Source: Macrostomum lignano (taxonomy: Eukaryota). From it: a stretch of 64,000 bases of DNA. The stretch is taken from assembly GCA_002269645.1 (NCBI GenBank), contig NIVC01000033.1, positions 609,335 through 673,334 of the forward strand, written 5' to 3'. Numbering within the stretch: position 1 is the stretch's first letter; every line of letters starts with the position of its first letter. This document shows, in pieces, positions 60,744-64,000 of the stretch. Made by a program: the position numbers and the translations under genes. The notes beneath the pieces are model-generated. The model was not told the origin of the DNA and searched no databases. It saw only the letters and a program-made list of their open reading frames with translations.

Positions 60744-62384
60744 TTCCAGTGTGAACTGATAGGATTCGAGGAGTTTTTAATCATCTGTATAAGATGAGGG
60801 ACTCATTATTTACCTCTATAATAAAGTTTTATTGCTGTGAACACACTTTTCATGCACATTTACAGTATGATATATGGTATTCTAATGATTTTTAAATCAG
60901 TGCATGAATGTTTGACGAATCAGTGTTGTTACGTCGATACGTCTTACGTCATTAATTGCTGCGCCACTCAAATAATCAGTTTTACTAAATTACTGAAAAT
61001 AAACTAGAAATGAACATTCGAGTAAAGATTTTAACAACCTAGTAACTTACCAGTAGATATAATTTGAGTATAGTTTATAGTTCTGTAGAGAGAATGACAG
61101 AAGTGAGAATACTGCTAGTGGTTTTTTGTCATGTAAACGGAACAGGCTAGCATGTTTAAAAAATGCAAGGCCAAAATGTATTTGAAATCACTTGATTTTC
61201 TTTTATCGTAAAATCATTAACAAAACGAAATTAAATACAAGCATGAAAGGTAAATATACTATTTTAAATCTTTTTGCAGCTAAAATACTCTATTTTGAAT
61301 TCATTTAATAAAAAACAATTCGACAGAGAACAGTGTCGCGATATTTAAACGTCCTACGCAAGATCGTACAGACCTGCATGTAATAATATCTTCTTCATCT
61401 ACCTATACTAAATCTCTAATCTATGTATGTATGACTCTGTCTGTCTGTATCTAACGCTCTAGTCTTCTATACTAATATCATTAAGTATAAGATCTTTACA
61501 ATATACTAAATCTCTAAGATCTGCTAGGCCTAGTCCAGTTTCAATCTACACAAGACTAATAAGTAAGGGGCCTTTTTTGGCTTTTTATAAATAATGCTTG
61601 TTCTGCCATTCTGGTTTTAATTTAGAACCAGAATACAATTTGTAAAGTTAAAGTAGGCCTATAACTTTTTGTCTTCTAAGACAAAAATAGCCTATATATA
61701 TAGAGTAGCCTATAGGGACATATGTTCTCTAACTCTTGTGTTGTAGTTAAATTAGGCCTAATGAATGGCAATCATCAAAAAGAAAGAGAAAATTGCATAG
61801 AGGCCTAGTAAGGCTATTATATTAGTATTAAAGAGTCCAACATTCAACAAAGTTCAATGGTTAATACTGTTTTGGAAGATTAAGTTTCAGATTTGGTATC
61901 ATGAAAATGCCCTATTATAAGGTTAGGCCCTATAAATTTCCTGTAAAAAGAGCCAAATCAAGGCTATATGGAGGATGCTAGAGGATTTCCTAGCAGAAAT
62001 CTTGTAGGGCCTCATGGCAGAGCTCATCCCAGCTTAACAAATACATGGAATGAAGCTAAAAGTCAATCATGTTATTCTAGATTTAATCAAAGGCAATTAC
62101 AAATAACTGAACAAGTTTATTATTTGTCTTCCAAATTCATTTTTTTCAATGAATTTGTTTTAAAAAACAAATCAAGGATTGATTCAAAAAACACGTATAA
62201 TGATCACAAAGAAGGACGATTTAAGTTGAATAATATATTGTCTACTTATCAATATTGTAACAAATATATCGTAATGATAAAATTAAGTCATAAAATTCCT
62301 AAAAGAACTGCTAAAATCATTGCTGATTGAATGAAATTGTCATATTGGTTAATATCCCACAAAGTGACTGCAGATAGCTAAAAG

Positions 62385-63415
62385 TTAAGTAGGTGTGATT
62401 AACTTGTCGTCTAGCTGACCCCAAGCGTTGTGAATATTAGCTTGGCATATCCAGTAGGCTACACGCTGCCTGCAGCGCAATGCACCTTGTGAGACAAGCT
62501 GCGCTTGCAGGGATATTGAGGTAGCCTCATCGAAAAGCAAGCGCAACAGTACATAAAATTGCAGCTTGCCACGTCCAGCTTTGCCGTTCAAGCGCCTGTT
62601 GTAGCTTTCCATATCATTTTTTGTTCGGATTGACTGATCGAAGACACTGATATTCTCCGGAGTCCACATGGCGTTTGAAAGCCAAGTGCTTCGCACATAG
62701 GCGCATAGCTCGATGAGGCGATTGTCACCTTGATCAACCTGAAAGGAATTATATATGTACATGTACATATAATAGGGTACATGTCCCTTTTATAATTTAT
62801 GCTTACATTGCTGGTCTCTAAATTGTTGAAGACTGAAATAATATTCACAGTCGGTAAGTAGTATAAGGCCATTAGCCTCTGGCAAAAGCTGTATGTCATT
62901 TCGTCACGGTTGTAAGACTCTTGGAGACCAAGGGCCTGGATTTTTCTAAATACAGCCTGTGTCCAATGAAAGCTGCAACCAATGACCCGACTTTGGGGGA
63001 AAACTTGATGTGCTGCTTTCCATGCTGTGGCTTCGTAATCCATAACAAAAACTGATGGGTTCACCTCAGGCAGGATGTCTCAAAGGGCTTGAAGATAGGA
63101 CTTATTGTCCTTTGAAGTTCAATCGGACATAAGGACAAACGCCAATGGCACCTGTAGTATGAGCTTCATCAGCTGTTTTAGCAGCACCTTCATCGGCAGC
63201 TTCATCGGCATCGGCAGCTTCATTGGCATCAGCAGCTTCATCGATAGCTGCATTGCATGCATTGCATGACCACTCAAAATGGTCAAGCAATTTCAGCTGC
63301 CTGTAGTGCACGCAACTTATATCAGTCTTACAAATTCTATTCTGCCACAGTTGACACTTGTTGCACTGCAAACCCTCTTGTCAAGGACAAACTTGTCTGT
63401 GGCACTCAACGCAGT
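62385..63415 (-). pseudogene. MULE (Mutator-like) transposase remnant with N-terminal PHD finger and a 68-bp intron (62739-62806)
   Basis: CVEC...QEGLQCNKCQLWQ...WSCNAC (PHD-like); FVMDYEATAWKAAHQVFP...GCSFHWTQAVFRK and RTKNDMESYNRRL (MULE catalytic region); gtaagc...tttcag intron joins the two track ORFs in phase 0; internal stops. Confidence 0.78.
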
Positions 63416-64000
63416 TGTTATTCATTATTACATATAGCTAGTATCCATATAATTAAACTTAGTATAACTAATCAGGAATCACAGGAATCATACAAGCCTA
63501 TATTAGAACAGACAGGCCTATTATAATGTAGATGCCTAGGACTCTCTCTCCTCTCTGTACATCCAGCTAATTAAGTGAATTAGTGCAGATGTACTCCTTT
63601 GCATCCAATAACAAAGTAATTTAAGTGCCATCTACCAATTTTATCATAAGTAACCCTGACGAGTAAGTACTAAGTACTAGACCAAGGCAGTGGGTAGTCA
63701 TCACAATGGAATAATGAGCATTGCCATAAGAGATATCCACTTGGTCAGCAATCTTGCCTATAGTTACATTGATTTTGTTTAATCATCCACTGTATAGCTT
63801 CTGTTTTCCTCTTTTCCTTTCCTTCAAATATATATTACACTTGAATGGAAAAATGAAAATCAGTCCACATTTATTTAAACACTTTGATAGCAATTTATCC
63901 ATAATGAAATCATTTAACTATGAATTAGCATTACTGACAAGTGACTAAAAAGTAGCAAGATGGGCATTTTATTGTATTAGGTATTTTTTAGTATTTAAAT

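Overview
Eukaryotic (animal) genomic DNA: GC-rich exons, GT-AG introns and almost every intron filled with a different minisatellite or microsatellite. This resembles a Macrostomum-like flatworm, but the taxon is inferred and not shown by the sequence. The left half holds five recognisable host genes. On the + strand are strawberry notch (SBNO, 8 exons, 5' end outside the window) and an ELMO-domain gene (ELMOD1/2-like, 3 coding exons), followed by a ~6.2 kb 21-bp satellite carrying an inserted MITE. On the - strand, in tandem, are a strongly diverged pyridox(am)ine 5'-phosphate oxidase-like gene, a PTP1B/TC-PTP-like tyrosine phosphatase and an AF10/MLLT10-like PHD-zinc-finger gene. At 32.9-47 kb is a nested transposon pile: a decayed Ty3/Gypsy element with 125-bp LTRs and two internal insertions, several MITEs and an RTE-like fragment. 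The right part holds two paralogous genes for small six-cysteine type-I membrane proteins with a cytoplasmic CxxC that I cannot assign to a known family, a 5.4 kb 9-bp satellite, and Tc1/IS630-like and MULE transposase remnants. I found no rRNA, tRNA or CRISPR array. Most ORFs in the supplied track are by-products of repeats or GC-rich antisense frames. All family assignments are from remembered motifs, not database searches.
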